A stretch of DNA of 64,000 nucleotides from Lama guanicoe (taxonomy: Eukaryota): the NCBI GenBank assembly GCA_013239625.1, contig MU054098.1:899568-963567 (forward strand), written 5' to 3'. Position numbers and translations under genes: made by a program. The notes below the pieces were generated by a model that saw nothing but the letters and a program-made list of their open reading frames with translations, had not been told where the DNA came from and did no database searches. Positions 14,090-26,686 of the stretch are shown here, in pieces; position 1 is the stretch's first letter; the number at the start of each line of letters is the position of its first letter.

Positions 14090-14195
14090 TTTATTTTATT
14101 GAAGTATAGTCACTTTATAATGTGTCAATTTTTCGTGTACAGCATAATTGTTCAGTCATACATATATTTATTCATTTTCATATTCTTTTGTATTA
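14090..14195 (-). mobile_element. L1 3' terminal fragment
   Basis: 'ttttattgaagtatagtcactttataatgtgtcaatt...ttcagtcatacatat', the same family end as at 37300, 43345 and 52460. Confidence 0.75.
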
Positions 14196-14729
14196 TATAG
14201 CTTTTGATGATGAAGACATTATACTGCGAAATTTTCAAAAGTGGGTAACTTGCTATAGATTTTTAAACACTTAAAAATATAAGCTTAACTAAATAGGTAA
14301 ATGGACAAGTGGAATAAATATTAAACATAATGATAATAAAAATCTGAGATTGAACATTTGATGTCTAAAGGATTAACAATCATTCTATTTTGGCACAATA
14401 TATAGTATATGTGTGTCTGAGGATTATAAATATTCCATATGATACATATATGTACTATACGTATAGGAACAAAGACTTAATTTGGCCTCAAACTGAATCT
14501 CCAATCTTAAACATTACTATATCTGTTCTTACTATTCCTCTTGTTCCAGCCAAACTGGTCAATAACTATATTTTAGAATATGTACTATCTTCTGATCTAT
14601 GCTTTTGTTCCCATTTTATTCTCAGTGTAAGATGCTTTCCCTCTAGGATTCCCCCATACAGATACTAATCTGTCTTATTTCCTGCTGGTTTACATATTAA
14701 TTTCTTCTAAAATATTTCTTTCCATTTCA

Positions 14730-15920
14730 GTAAACATTTATTGAGGACCTACTTCGTATTGGGTAATTTCTAAAGAGACATAGATAAATTCTAGATTTAT
14801 CTCTAGATAAATTCTAGAGATACATTGAAAAAAAAAAGTGGTTTTTTTTTTACCATGATAGAAATTACAGTTTAGTGAGAAAGACAGACTAGAAAAACAT
14901 GAAAATAAAATTAGAAACATGTTCTAAGAAGGAAAAAAACTAGGTGCAATAGGAGAGAACAATTTTGTGAGATACTTTAGATGACCAGGAGAAGCCCCTG
15001 GAATATGAATAGGCAGCAACCAAGTGAAATGTAAAGGGAAGACTAGATAGATGTAGTTGTATGTGCAAACTTCCCGAAGTGGGAATGTGCTCCATGAATT
15101 TGGACAAAAGCAATAGAAAGGCCACTGCGACTACAGTATAGTGAGGAGAAAAGTGGCACAAGATGAGGTTTGACAGATGGACAACCATTGTCACACAAAA
15201 TCTTATATGTCATGGTAAGTGTTTTACTGACCAGAGTAATAATATCAAAAGATGTGTCAGATATTGTTGTAAGTGTTTTACTTGTATCATCACTTTGAAT
15301 CCCCATGAAGACCTTGTGAGATAGGTACTATCAATACTCTCATTTTAAAGATAAAAAAAGTGAGGGACACTGAGTTTGACTTGCTCATAGTTACTAGTAA
15401 GTAGTAGAGACAGGATTCAAACTCAAGTGGTGTGGCCCTAGGACCAGAGCTCTTTATCTCTCAGTAAGCATGACAGCAAGTAACAGGATTTTAAACAGGA
15501 GGCTTATGTATTGAGATTTACAGGGTTTTTTTTGTTGTTGTTGTTGTCTTTTGTTTTTCAGCAGAGGTACTGGGAATTGAGCCCAGGACCTCGTGCATGC
15601 TAAGCATGCACGCTACCACTGAACTATACCCATTCTCCTGACCCGTCCCACTGAGATTTACAGGTTTTAAAAATAATTCTGGTGGAATTGGAAAGAACTA
15701 CTTGAAAGTGAGCAAAAGGGGAAGTGGGGAAAATATTAGGAGGCTATCAATTACAACAGTCTAAGTGAGAAAGGACAGTGCCTTAGCTCCTGGTAGAACG
15801 AGAAAAATGAATAGATAAAAATATTTTTTCAATATGTAGTTAAATGGGTGGAATTTGTTAATGTACTGGATATGGGGAGGAGAGAGTGCAGTCAATGTGA
15901 TATATCTGGGATATGGTCCT
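14730..15920. mobile_element. L2 remnant with nested MIR (~15260-15460) and SINE
   Basis: 'taaacatttattgaggacctact' L2 tail-like motif and purine-rich L2 body; MIR core 'gtgagataggtactatcaatactctcattttaaagataaaaaaagtgagg'. Confidence 0.6.
15525..15651 (-). mobile_element. tRNA-Ala(AGC)-derived SINE (camelid Vic-1-like)
   Basis: Minus strand gggtatagttcagtggtagcgtgcatgcttagcatgcacgaggtcctgggctcaattcccagtacctc plus A-rich tail; TSD tgagatttacagg at 15512-15524 and 15652-15664. Confidence 0.9.
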
Positions 15921-16704
15921 TTTGCAGACATCACAATATCCTTAGTTTGCTTGCAGTTATAATTAAACTCAGTTGGTCATTCTTTACATGGTAACTGTGA
16001 AGCAGACTTTTTCCCCTGGACAATGGATGTTTTTACTAATTTATTTCCTGCAATGTCTGTGGTGTAAAACCTAATGTAGCAAATTTATCAGGATTTCATT
16101 CTTTATACCAATAATATTAAATATAAAACAATACAAGAACCCTTTCTCATCTCCAATGTCATTAATAACCTTAAATCATAAGAATCATAAGGCTTAACAC
16201 CTGAAGAACATCAATTGCCTCATCCTGATCTTTAAGAGTTTCACACTGGATACTTGGTAACTGTTATGCATTGTGGAATTATCTGCTATCCTTTGACCAC
16301 TACGAATGTTAAATAGGATTTTATATTTTGTGGCAAAAAGCTCACCACATTTACCATGTAATTTCCAGAGTAAGAGTCAGTGGTCAATAGATGGGGTAGA
16401 GTAAGACATTATCCTTTCCAACTTGATTCTAGATATTGAATGTAAAAATTCACCATATACATGTGGAGATGTCACATGTTCTCTACACTCCTGGGTCTCT
16501 ATAGAATCACATATTATTAGTGATTACCAGTTAATATGTAGGAGGGCAGTGGTCTGTCACTTGATTTCTCAGCATAGTTTTATAGAACAATATTATATGA
16601 TATAATAGAATTATGCTTTTTTGTACTGTTTACAGTATCAGAGTTTGCTTTAGTTTCTCGTTTGATCCTCTGCTCATTCAAAATCTGGCTCCGTTTTTGT
16701 TTTG

Positions 16705-16962
16705 TTGATGGGAGAATGGACAAAACAGGTGAAGGGAATTAAGAGATATGAACTTACAGTTATAAATAGCCAAAGGGATGTAATATACAGCATAAAAACA
16801 TGGTCAATACTACTGTAATAACTTTTTATAGTAACAGATGATGATCATTTCATAATGTATTATCATGAAGATCATTTTGTAATGTATTTAAATGTGGGAT
16901 CACTATATTGTATACCTGAAATGAACGTAATATTTTGTGTTAACTGTATTTCAATTAGAAAA
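16705..16962 (+). mobile_element. L1 3' UTR fragment
   Basis: 'aggtgaagggaattaagagatatgaacttacagttataaat...' homologous to 12290-12520. Confidence 0.85.
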
Positions 16963-18129
16963 AATCGGACTCAGTATCGTGCCCTTGTAATCTGTGGCAT
17001 TTTATGCTCCTTGGTTTTCCGAAAGCTTATATACGTATATGTATGCATATAGATGGATATGAATGCTGGGAAATGCTTTAGTTCATCTCAAAAATCACTA
17101 TTGTTTTAAAATTTGAGTATAACTTTCTCTGAAGATCAGGATTTTGATCACTACAGTAAATATCTATCACTGGCTTTGAGGGAGTTTGAGCTATATACAG
17201 TGTAAGACAGATGGAAGCCTATCGAACTGTCACTATTTTCAGGAACTGAAATTCTCCCTGAATGTGTGCCATATTTATAAAATGTTATTGAGAGTGAATA
17301 GTACAAATGGAGAAGCAATATGTGTGAAAAGTAACTGATTCATCCATCTGCCTATTGGATTCACATCTTGAGGAGGTTATTTTACCTAATAGGAAATTAA
17401 TTCATTTTTACTTAAATAATCAGGCCTCTCCAGTGCCTATCGGATAAAATTCAACCTCTTCAACATGATGGTCAATGCCCATACACAAGGTGGGACTCCT
17501 ACTTCTCTAGCCTTACCTTCCACTTTTCCTGTATATGAAACCTCTTCTTCAATTAAGCCAGGCTCTTGTTGACCCCTGAAATTAAATATATATATATATA
17601 CACACATAATAAATATATACATAAATATAACTTATATATGCCTAGAATATTTTCTTTTTGTTCATAATACTGGCCAGACTTATAAAGCCAGTAAATATTT
17701 ATTCAGTTATTCACTCACTGAATAACTGAAAACTACCTGCTATGCATATGATTATGAATGAGATACCCAGATAAATAAATTCTAAGATTTAAAAAATAAA
17801 ATTCTTGTTTATTTTTTTCTGACATGTTAGAAGTAGTATTCAGGGACTCAAAAATAAATATTGTGGGTTTTTCCTCTTTTCTCAGATGACTTAAAACTAT
17901 GTCTTTTAGCAGGGAATACACATGATTTAGGCAAGGATAATGTTTTGCCATTTTAAATCTCAGACGTTCCTTTTGTAATCTCTTTCACTGTAGATGATTT
18001 CACATTTAAAGAATTTTTGAAAAGATAGACTCTTAATGTGTGTACTGTGACCCCAGAGTAATTCTATTTTGGGGAAGAAACTATGATTAGCATACATCCA
18101 GAGGTGGCTGAGTTAGGAACTAGTTAAAT

Positions 18130-19800
18130 GACCTCAAACCGATGTTTATTTTGAGAACAGCATGGAATCCAAAAGCACAATGGTCAAGAACAGAAATTCT
18201 CAATCATTCCTATTAATTTCTGAAGTATCTGAGTAATGTCTTACCAAAAACATGAAATCTACCAGTGGCACTACCAACTGTGAACAGTGAAGCCAAATAC
18301 ATGAAAATAGTTATTCCATACTGAATATATCATAGAGTACCCATTCTTTACTCATATTACTCATAATAACCTCTAAAGGCATGGCTTCATATTGTGTGGC
18401 CTGTTTTTTTTAAATAAATCTTTTATTTTGAGTTCACTGTAGATTTGTGTGAAATTGTAAAAAATAATATAGATTCCATGTACCTTTATCCAGTTTCTCC
18501 AATCATAACATCTCACAAAACTATAGGATAATAACAAAGATATTGACATTTGTATAATCCATCTATCTTATTCAGCTTTCCTCAGTTTTACTTGTACTCA
18601 TTTGTGTGTATATATTTGTGTTCGGTTGTATGCAATTTTTTCACATATATTACTTCCTTAATTCACATATAGTTATTGTGAAATTTATACATGTTGTTGC
18701 AAGTTCATTATTTTTCATTGCTATACAGTGTCCAGATATAAATATCTATAATTTATCTATTTTACTATTGATGAGATATCATACTTATTTGAAGTTTTAG
18801 TCTATTACCAAGAATATGGTTATAGATATTCTTATCCATTTCTCTTGGTGCACATGTGTGTTTCCATTGGGTATATACCTAGGAACCAATTTGCTACTTA
18901 TAAGATACATGTTCAGCTTTAGTAGGCACCGCCAAGAGTAGTGTATAGGATTCTTATAGCTCTCTATACTATGACAGTTGGTAATGTCAGTATTGAAAAT
19001 GAGAGCCATTTTGGATGCTATGTACCATTACCTCACTGTAATTTTAATTTGCATTTGCCTTAGGACTAATGAGATTAAACATCTTTGTGTACATTTATTG
19101 GACATTTGGATATTCTCTTTTATGAGTATTGTCTTTCCTTTTCTTATTGGTTAGTAGGAATCCTTTATGCATGATTTTATAGAATGTTTTAAGTCTTGTC
19201 TTCAGTTTTGAGAAACTATGAAGTATCTTGTGTTTTTTTTCCTACTTAAAAACAACTTCTAATTACTATTATTTAGTATAATAACTTACAATCTGAAAGT
19301 GAATGTAATGTATTCAATTACTTTTTAAAAATGAATATTAGTAGAAAACAAACTTTAAAACAAAACATGGACTCTCTGGTCTTATATGCATGTAATTGTC
19401 ACCTGGGCACCTTTTTCAAAATATTCTGGAAAAGGAAATGACAAGTGAATTTTTCCTTTATATTGATCCTCTTGAGTTATATTCTGTTCACTAAAAGTTT
19501 GTGATAATAAATTTAACTTAATTGGTTTATCAGTTTCACAACATGCCTGTGTATATAACATTAAATTATAAAGAAATGTCATTCTTTTTAGAATCATTCA
19601 ATTATGTACAGTTTTCTTTAATTCAACATTCTTTATATCAATCAGGTAGTATTGTATGACCTCCTTTAGATTTTGAAAGTCATAAATCTAACTTAGAATC
19701 TGCTATATAGACATTTATTTAAGTCACAGACCCAATTCTACATTTAGGTAAAATGAAGCCCTAGAACATTTCATTACCTACAGTGAATATTGTTAAACAG
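18130..19800 (-). mobile_element. Additional RTE-X/L4-like fragments (18130-18390 and 19380-19800) flanking an old L1 (~18415-19200)
   Basis: KEWVLYD..FMYLASLFTVGSATGRFHV (cf. WxxxGxxIEQVxxFKYLGxxF..WxxH); NVELGL, KPIKLNLLSQ and PFPEYF (cf. RLExGL, IKxRLxD, PAxYL). Confidence 0.45.
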
Positions 19801-19829
19801 ACCTCTGAGGAAGTATTCTGTGTCACTCT

Positions 19830-22800
19830 ATGTATGTTACTTTTCTTACTCAGATGACCCCTGTTTTCTTTGTACTCATCTGTGTCCATGCACATGTATG
19901 TTTAGCTCTAGACAATTTTATCTAGTGTAGATCTGTATATCCACTACCATAGTCAAGACATAGAACAGTTCTGACATCACAAGGATCCTTTGTGTTGTCC
20001 TTTTATAACCATGCCAACCTTCCTATGGCCACCCATGCCTAATCCCTGGTAATCAATTTTCTGTCTCCGTAATTTTGGTATTTCAAGACTGTTATATAAA
20101 TGGAATCATGTAGTGTGTAGCTTTTTGAGTTTTTTTTCACTCAGCATAATATCCTTCAAGTTGATTCAAGTTGTGTTCATCAATAGTTTATCCCTTTGAT
20201 TTATAAGTAGTATTCCTTAGTAAGAATGAACCACAGTTTATCCATTCTCCTACTGAAAGATATCAAGGCTTCTTCAGTTTGTGGCTATAGCAAATAAAAC
20301 TTCAATGAACATTCACTTATATTCTTTTGCGTGAACTAAGTTTTCATTTCTTTGGGCTAAGAAACTACTGCCCAATCCAAGGTCATGATTATTCCTATGT
20401 TTTTTCCCTCAGTGTTTTTTACTCTTACCTCTTACATTTAGGTCTATAATCTATTTTGAGTTAATATTTATATATAATATGGGGCAAATATCCAAATTCA
20501 TGTCTTTGCATATAGATATACAATTGTCCTAGCACCATTTTCCAATGATTCTTTTGCCATTGAATTTTCTCGGCACCCTTGTCAAATATCCATTGACCAT
20601 AATATAAGGATTTACTTCTGAGTCTAGGTTATGTACGTTTAATCTTTTGTCTGTTTCTGTGGTAGTGCTAAACTGACTTGATTATAGCTCTGTAGGAGGT
20701 TTTGAAATCAGAAATCATAAAATTTCCAACTGTATTCTCTTTCAAGAACGTTTTGGCTGTTTTGGATCATTTGAGTTTCCATATCAATTTTAGGCTCATC
20801 TTGTCAATTTCTACAAAGAAGCCAGTTGGGCTTCTAATGTGTATTCCATTGACTTTGTAGATGAATTGGGGGAGTATTGCCATCTTAACAAAATTAAATC
20901 TTGCAGTCCATAAACACTTGATATCTTTACATTTACTTAGATTCTCCTTAACTACTTCTGACATTTTTTGGTACTTTTCATTGTACAAGTCTTGTATTTC
21001 TTTTGTTAAACTTATTCCTAAGTATTTGTATTTTTGATGCTATTTGAATGAATTATTTCCTTAATTTTTGATATTTCATTGCTAGTATATAGAAATACAA
21101 CTAATTTTATATATTGGTTATATATATCCTTCCAACTTGCTGAAATTGTTTTTAGATATGGCTAGAACTTCAATCCAATGTTGAACAGAAGTGGCAAGAA
21201 CAGACATCCCTGTTTTGTTCCTGATATTACTGACAAAGTTTTGAGTCTTTTATAATTAAGTATGATGCTAACTGTAGATTTTCTGTAGTTGCCCTTTATC
21301 AGGTTTAGAATGTTCCCTTCTGTTTATAGTTTCTGAGTGTTTTTTGGAGCATGCAAGGGTTTTGAATTTCAGATAAATAATCGGTTGTTAATTTTACTGA
21401 AGATGCTTTGTGATGTCACTTTGCTCTTGCTGCTTTCAGGATTCTCTTTGTCTTTGTTTTTCAACAGTTTGATTATGTTGTGTCTATTTGTGTGTCACTT
21501 TGAGTTTATCTTTCTTGGAGTTTATTGAGCTTCTTGGATGTATGTATAAATGTTATTAATCAAAGTTGGGATTTTTGGGGTGTTTATTTCTTGAAATAGT
21601 CTTTTTGCCTCTTCATTTCTTCTCCTAGGAATCTACTTATATGTATGTTGGTGGGCTTGATGATTTGACACAGGTTTCTGAGTTTCTGTTTACTTTTCAA
21701 CATTACTTTTTCTTTCTGTTCCACAGGCTAGATAATCTTTACTAATGTATATTCAAGTTCGCTGCTAATTTATTCTGCCAGCTCAAATCTAAAGTTGAGT
21801 CCCTCTTGTAAATTATTTTATTTCAGTTTTTATACTTAAAATTCTAGAGTTTCTACTTTTAAAGTAATTTTATTATACATGTGATAAGGTTCTAGTAAAC
21901 AATATATGAAAATCTCTTACAAATTATTAATAAAAAGACAAATAATACTAAGAGAGTAAATCTTAAAAGTTCTCATCACTCCAAAAAATTGATAACTATG
22001 TAAGGTGATGAATGCATTAACTACTCTTATTGTGGTAATCATTTTGAAATAAATACATTAATCAAATTATTACATCATATACATTCAATGTACACACTTT
22101 TATATAGCAACAAAAAGAAGAAAAAAAGAAAAGAACTCGTTCATTTAATTTTACAAACTCAGCAATAATAACTGTACATGTATCTTTCCAAAAAAACCAT
22201 ATTATCTCTGTGCACTTGTATATGTGTATAAATAATATTTTGCCACATAGAGTTTTTATTATATATATTTTACTTATTGGAACTACACTGATGAATGCTT
22301 AGCATGATTACGTATTGTTGTACTATAAGCAGTGCTATATTTCAATATCTTTGTACATTCATCTTTGCATACTTTTGAAATTGTCCTTTCAATGGAATTA
22401 TCCATTTATGATCAATTTTAGAAGTAGTATTCAGCCAATGAATCTATATAATTTTCATACATACTGCCAAAATGTTCTACAGCAAGATCAAATCAATTTA
22501 CACTCTAACCAACACTGAATGACATTGTCTGCTTCCTCATCCTTTCACCAATATTCTGGGTGAATGGTGATAACATATTCTGCATTAATTCACATTTATT
22601 GATTAGTAATGAAATCAGACAAGTTTATAGCTTTTAAAATCTATATATTTTAACAAATTGTCTATACATGCGCTTTGTACATTTTCCTTCTGAGTGTTTT
22701 TCTTTCTTGAATTTGTAATATTATCGATTTTCACATATACAATATGGAACAGCTTTGCCATATGCAAATTTCCCAGATAGTAATTTGCATTTAAATTCTG

Positions 22801-22860
22801 CTTATTTTCATCTTTGGGTGTACAGCATATAGCTGCCTAACATGTTCATACAATGTAAGC
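19830..22860 (-). mobile_element. Mosaic of old L1 fragments (3'UTR, ORF2, ORF1; small plus-strand 3' end ~21950-22130)
   Basis: ORF2 peptide 20767-20988 (NFVKMAILPQFIYKVNGIHIRSPTGFF); L1M 3'UTR motifs 'aaatggaatcatgtagtgtgtagc'. Confidence 0.8.
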
Positions 22861-22867
22861 TATTCAT

Positions 22868-25640
22868 CTTTTTTTTTTTCATTTCTACTTCCAACTTTAT
22901 TGAGATATAATTGAGATACAGGACTGTGTAAGTTTAAGGTGTACAGCATAATGATTTGACTTACTTAAATCATAAAGTGATCACCACAAGTTTAGTGAAT
23001 ATCACCATCTCATATAGATAGAAAATTAAAGAAAAAGTTTTTTCCTTGTGATGGTAATTCATAGGATTTACTCTCAACTTTCACATAAAACATACACCAA
23101 TGTTAGTTTTATATAATCATGTTGTACATAACATCCCTGGTACTGATTTATCTTATAATTGGAAGTTTATAATATTTGACTACTTTCATCTAGTTCCCCA
23201 TTCCCCCCCCCCACCTCTGGTAACCACAAGTCTGATCTTTCTGTATGAGTCTGTTTGTTTTTGAAGTATAGTTGACGTACAACATTCTGTAAGTTTCTGG
23301 TACACAATATCAAAATTTGATATTTCTATACACTATGAAATGATCACAATAATAAGTCTAGACTATATTCCCCATGCTGTACATTTCATCCCTGTGACTC
23401 ATTTATTTTGTAACTGGGAGTTTTTACCTCTTAATATCTCTCACCTATTTCTCTCATCTCCCCACCCCTCATCCCTCTGGCAACAGTTTGTTTGTTCTCT
23501 GTACCTAGGACTTGTTTTGTTATGTTTGTATGTTTTCATTTTGTTATGTTTGTTCATTTGTTGTGTTTTTAAGACTCCACACATAAGTGAAATCATATAG
23601 TATTTGTCTTTCTCTGACTTATTTTACATAGCATAAAACCTTATAGTTTCATCCATGTTGTCACATGGGCAAGATTTCATTCTCTCTCATGGCTGAGTAA
23701 TATTCCATTGTGTATCTGTACCATATCTTTATCCATTCATCTACTGATGGGCACGTAGGTTGCTTCCATATCTTGGCTATTATGAAAAACACTGCAATGA
23801 ACACAGGGGTGCATGTATCTTCAAATTGGTGGTTTTTGCTTTCTTCCAATAAAGACCCAAGTATAGAATTGCTGGATCATATGGTAGTTCTATTTTTAAT
23901 TTTTTGAGGAATCTCCATGCTGTTTTCCATAATGGCTATATCAATTTACATTCCCCCTCAACAGTGCACAAGTGTTTCTTTTTCTCTGCATCCTCATCAA
24001 TACTTGTTAACTTGTCTTTTTGATAATAACCATTCTGACAGATATGAGGTCATATCTCACTGTTTTGATTTGCATTTCCCTGATGATTAGTAATGTTGAA
24101 CATCTTTTCATGCGCCCTTTGGCCAAGTGTATGTCTTCTTTGGAAAAATGTCTATTCAGATCCTCTGCCCATTTTTAGTCAGATTGTTGGATTTTGGGAG
24201 GTTTTTGTTTGTTTGTTTGTTTGTTTGTTGATAGTTGTAGGAGTTCTTTGTATGTTTTGAATATTAACCCCGTTTCAGACATATCATTTGCAAATGCCTT
24301 CTCCCATTCATTAGGTGGCATTTTTGTTTTGTTGATGGTTTTCTTTCCTGTGTAAAGGCTTATGGTTTGAGATAGTCCCATTTGTTTATTTTTGCTTTTG
24401 TTGCCCTTGTCTAAAGAGACATATCAAAAAAAAATACTGCTAAGATTGATGTCAAAGAGGGTACTGCCTATGTTTTCTTCTAGGAATTTTATGGTTTTAT
24501 ATCTTACATTTAAGCCTTTAATTCATTTTCACTATATTTTTCTATGTGGTGTGAGAAAGAAATCCAGTTTGATTCTTTTGCCTGTAGCTTTCCAGTTTTC
24601 TTACCATAATTTATTGAAAAGGTTGTCTTTTCCCTATTGTATATTCTGCCTCCTTTATCATAGATTAATTGACCATATAAGTGTGAGTTTATTTCTGCTC
24701 TTGTTATTCTATTCCAGTGATCTATGTGTCTTGTTTTTGTGCCAGTGCCAGACTGTTTTATTACTGTAGCTTTGTAGTATAATCAGAACCAAGGAGCAAG
24801 ATATCTCCAGATTTGTTCTTTTTTCTCAAGATTGCTTTGGCTTTTGGGGATCTTTTGTGTTTTCACACATATTTTAGAACTTTTTGTTCTAGTTCTGTAA
24901 AAAAAAATAATGCCTTTTTTTTTGATAGGGATTGCATTGAATCTGTAGATTCTCTTGGGTAGTATGGTCATTTTAACAATATTAATTCATTCAATCCATG
25001 AGCAGGGTATATCTTTCCATTTGTTTGTGTCATCTGCAAATTCTTTCATCAGTGTCCTATAGTTTTCCAAGTACAGCTCTTTTATCTCCTTAGGTAGGTT
25101 TATTCCTAGATATTTTATTCTTTTTCAATGCAATTGTAATTAGGATTGTTTCCTTAATTTCTCTTTTTGACAGTTTGTTGTTAGAGAATCAAAATGCAAC
25201 AGATTTCTCTGTATATTAATTTTGTATTCTGCAAATTTATTGAATTCATTTACTAGTTTTATGGGTTTTTGGTGGTGTCTTTAGGATTTTCTATATATAT
25301 CATGTCATTTGCAAACAGTGGCAGTTTTACTTTTTCCTTTCAACATGGATTCCTTCTATTTCTTTTTCTTGACTGATTGTGGTGGCTAGGACTTTCAATA
25401 TTATGTTAAATAAAAGTGGTAAAAATGGGCATCCTTGTCTTGATCCTGATCTTAGTGGAAATGCTTTCAGTTTTTCACCACCGAGGATGATGTGAGCTAT
25501 GGGCTTGTTTTTTATGCCCTTTATTATGTTGAGGTTTAGTCCTTCTATACTCACTTTGTTGAGAGTTTTTATCATAAATAGACGTTGAATTTTTGTCAAA
25601 AGCTTTTTCTGCATCTATTGAAATGATCATATGTTTTAAT
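22868..25640 (-). mobile_element. LINE-1 3' half (ORF2 RT/C-terminus plus 3'UTR), 5'-truncated
   Basis: T-tail at 22868; peptides 25327-25614 ([22 protein letters not shown]), 24783-24971 and 23661-23849 (CTPVFIA..IAKIWKQPTCPS). Confidence 0.95.
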
Positions 25641-26517
25641 TGTTTTAATGTTTTTTTCCTTTTATAGTATGTTTTGAAAGTCTGTCACTAATTTTTATTA
25701 TTCCTAAAAATACTTCCTGACTCTTTTGTCATTTTTAGTTTCAAACGAACATAATTATTTTAAGTGTTTATGTCCTTTAGTAAAATTGTTGAGTCTTGCA
25801 CATTATTTAATTAATTTTATATCTAGGTACTTTCCTTTGTGCATTTATGTTTAATGTGAAGGAAATCTCTTTTTTTTAATTTTACAACTATTTCTGATAT
25901 AAAGAAAAGTTTTTGATTTTTCATATTTAATTTATATAAAGTACTTAAATTAATTTAAAAATCTCTTTTATTTGACTCTTGTGTTTTATATGTAGTCATA
26001 TTATCTGCAACTTACGATAACTGATAGTTATAACTCTTATATATTTATTTATTTACTTAACCTTATTGCATTGATAAGAATCTCCAATGTATATTTTCAC
26101 ATAATAATCAAGGTGTTATTGTAGCCCATTGTCTTTTTTTTCCTTCCCTTAAAGTGGGAGTAACCGTAGTATTTTTTAAACAAGATATTGTTTGTTTTAT
26201 GTTTAGAATACATGTTTTTATCATGCCAGCAATTCTTCTTTTAGCTTCTAATTTGTTAAAAATTTAAAAATTTAATTTTTTTGACTAAGAGTGGATTTGG
26301 AATTTATCAAATAGGTTTTTAGTATCTTTTACTATTAATATGTGGCTTTTATTCTATGATCTAATGTAATTCATTATATTGAATTAGGCTTCCTAATATT
26401 TTTCCATTCATTCAATTATTTTCTAAGGAGTCTTGAAGAGTTTTAAACGTGCCTTTCAAATTCATCATAAACTTTAAGGATTGCAAAAGGATAACCTTGA
26501 CTTAAAAACATACTGTG

Positions 26518-26686
26518 TGGGGGAGGGTATAGCTCAAGTGGTAAAGCACATGCTTAGCATGCATGAGGTCCTGGGTTCAATCCCTAGTACCTCCATCAAA
26601 AAACTAACTAAATAAATAAATAAATTACCTCCTCCTGCAAAAAAAATTTTTTTTAAAAAACTGAATTACCTCCCAACCAAAAAAAT
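26518..26686 (+). mobile_element. tRNA-Ala-derived SINE (camelid Vic-1-like)
   Basis: ggggagggtatagctcaagtggtaaagcacatgcttagcatgcatgaggtcctgggttcaatccctagtacctcc; TSD aaacatactgtg (26506-26517) / aaacatattgtg (26687-26698). Confidence 0.92.

Larger units (their letters stand above)
12750..18090 (-). mobile_element. Ancient RTE-X/L4-like LINE ORF2 remnant, copy B (near full length), split by L1, L2, MIR, SINE and L3
   Basis: Ordered motifs: CEIIYSE (~17985-18005, cf. DIIxLQE), VNPIGRWMNQLL (~17329-17364), QGEFQF (17243-17260, cf. GEFTF), SDQNP (17138-17152, cf. SDHxP), TDHC (16546-16557), FLHSISRIKLERIMSYSTPSIDH*LLLWKLH (~16355-16448, cf. FDSISRxxLWxKLxxSSIDxRLLxLIxxLH), VINDIG (16152-16169), FYTTDI (16052-16069, cf. 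LYADD), ASIGSLSRF (~13857-13883), FETISNL (12910-12930, cf. ETxxHxL). Confidence 0.68.

Noticed and set aside
18244..18322. Possible minus exon ending TTG|gtaaga
   Set aside because: The peptide matches the FKYLG-type RT motif and there is no supporting gene structure
19392..19547. Exon-like minus segment (cag|GCATGTTGT...CCCAG|gtgac; ACCETDKPIKLNLL...)
   Set aside because: No recognisable protein, a weak donor and no phase-compatible partner exons; better explained as RTE-X C-terminal relic
26519..26596. tRNA-Ala gene
   Set aside because: A-rich tails, TSDs and stem mismatches show that this and the copies at ~15560 and ~42231 are SINEs
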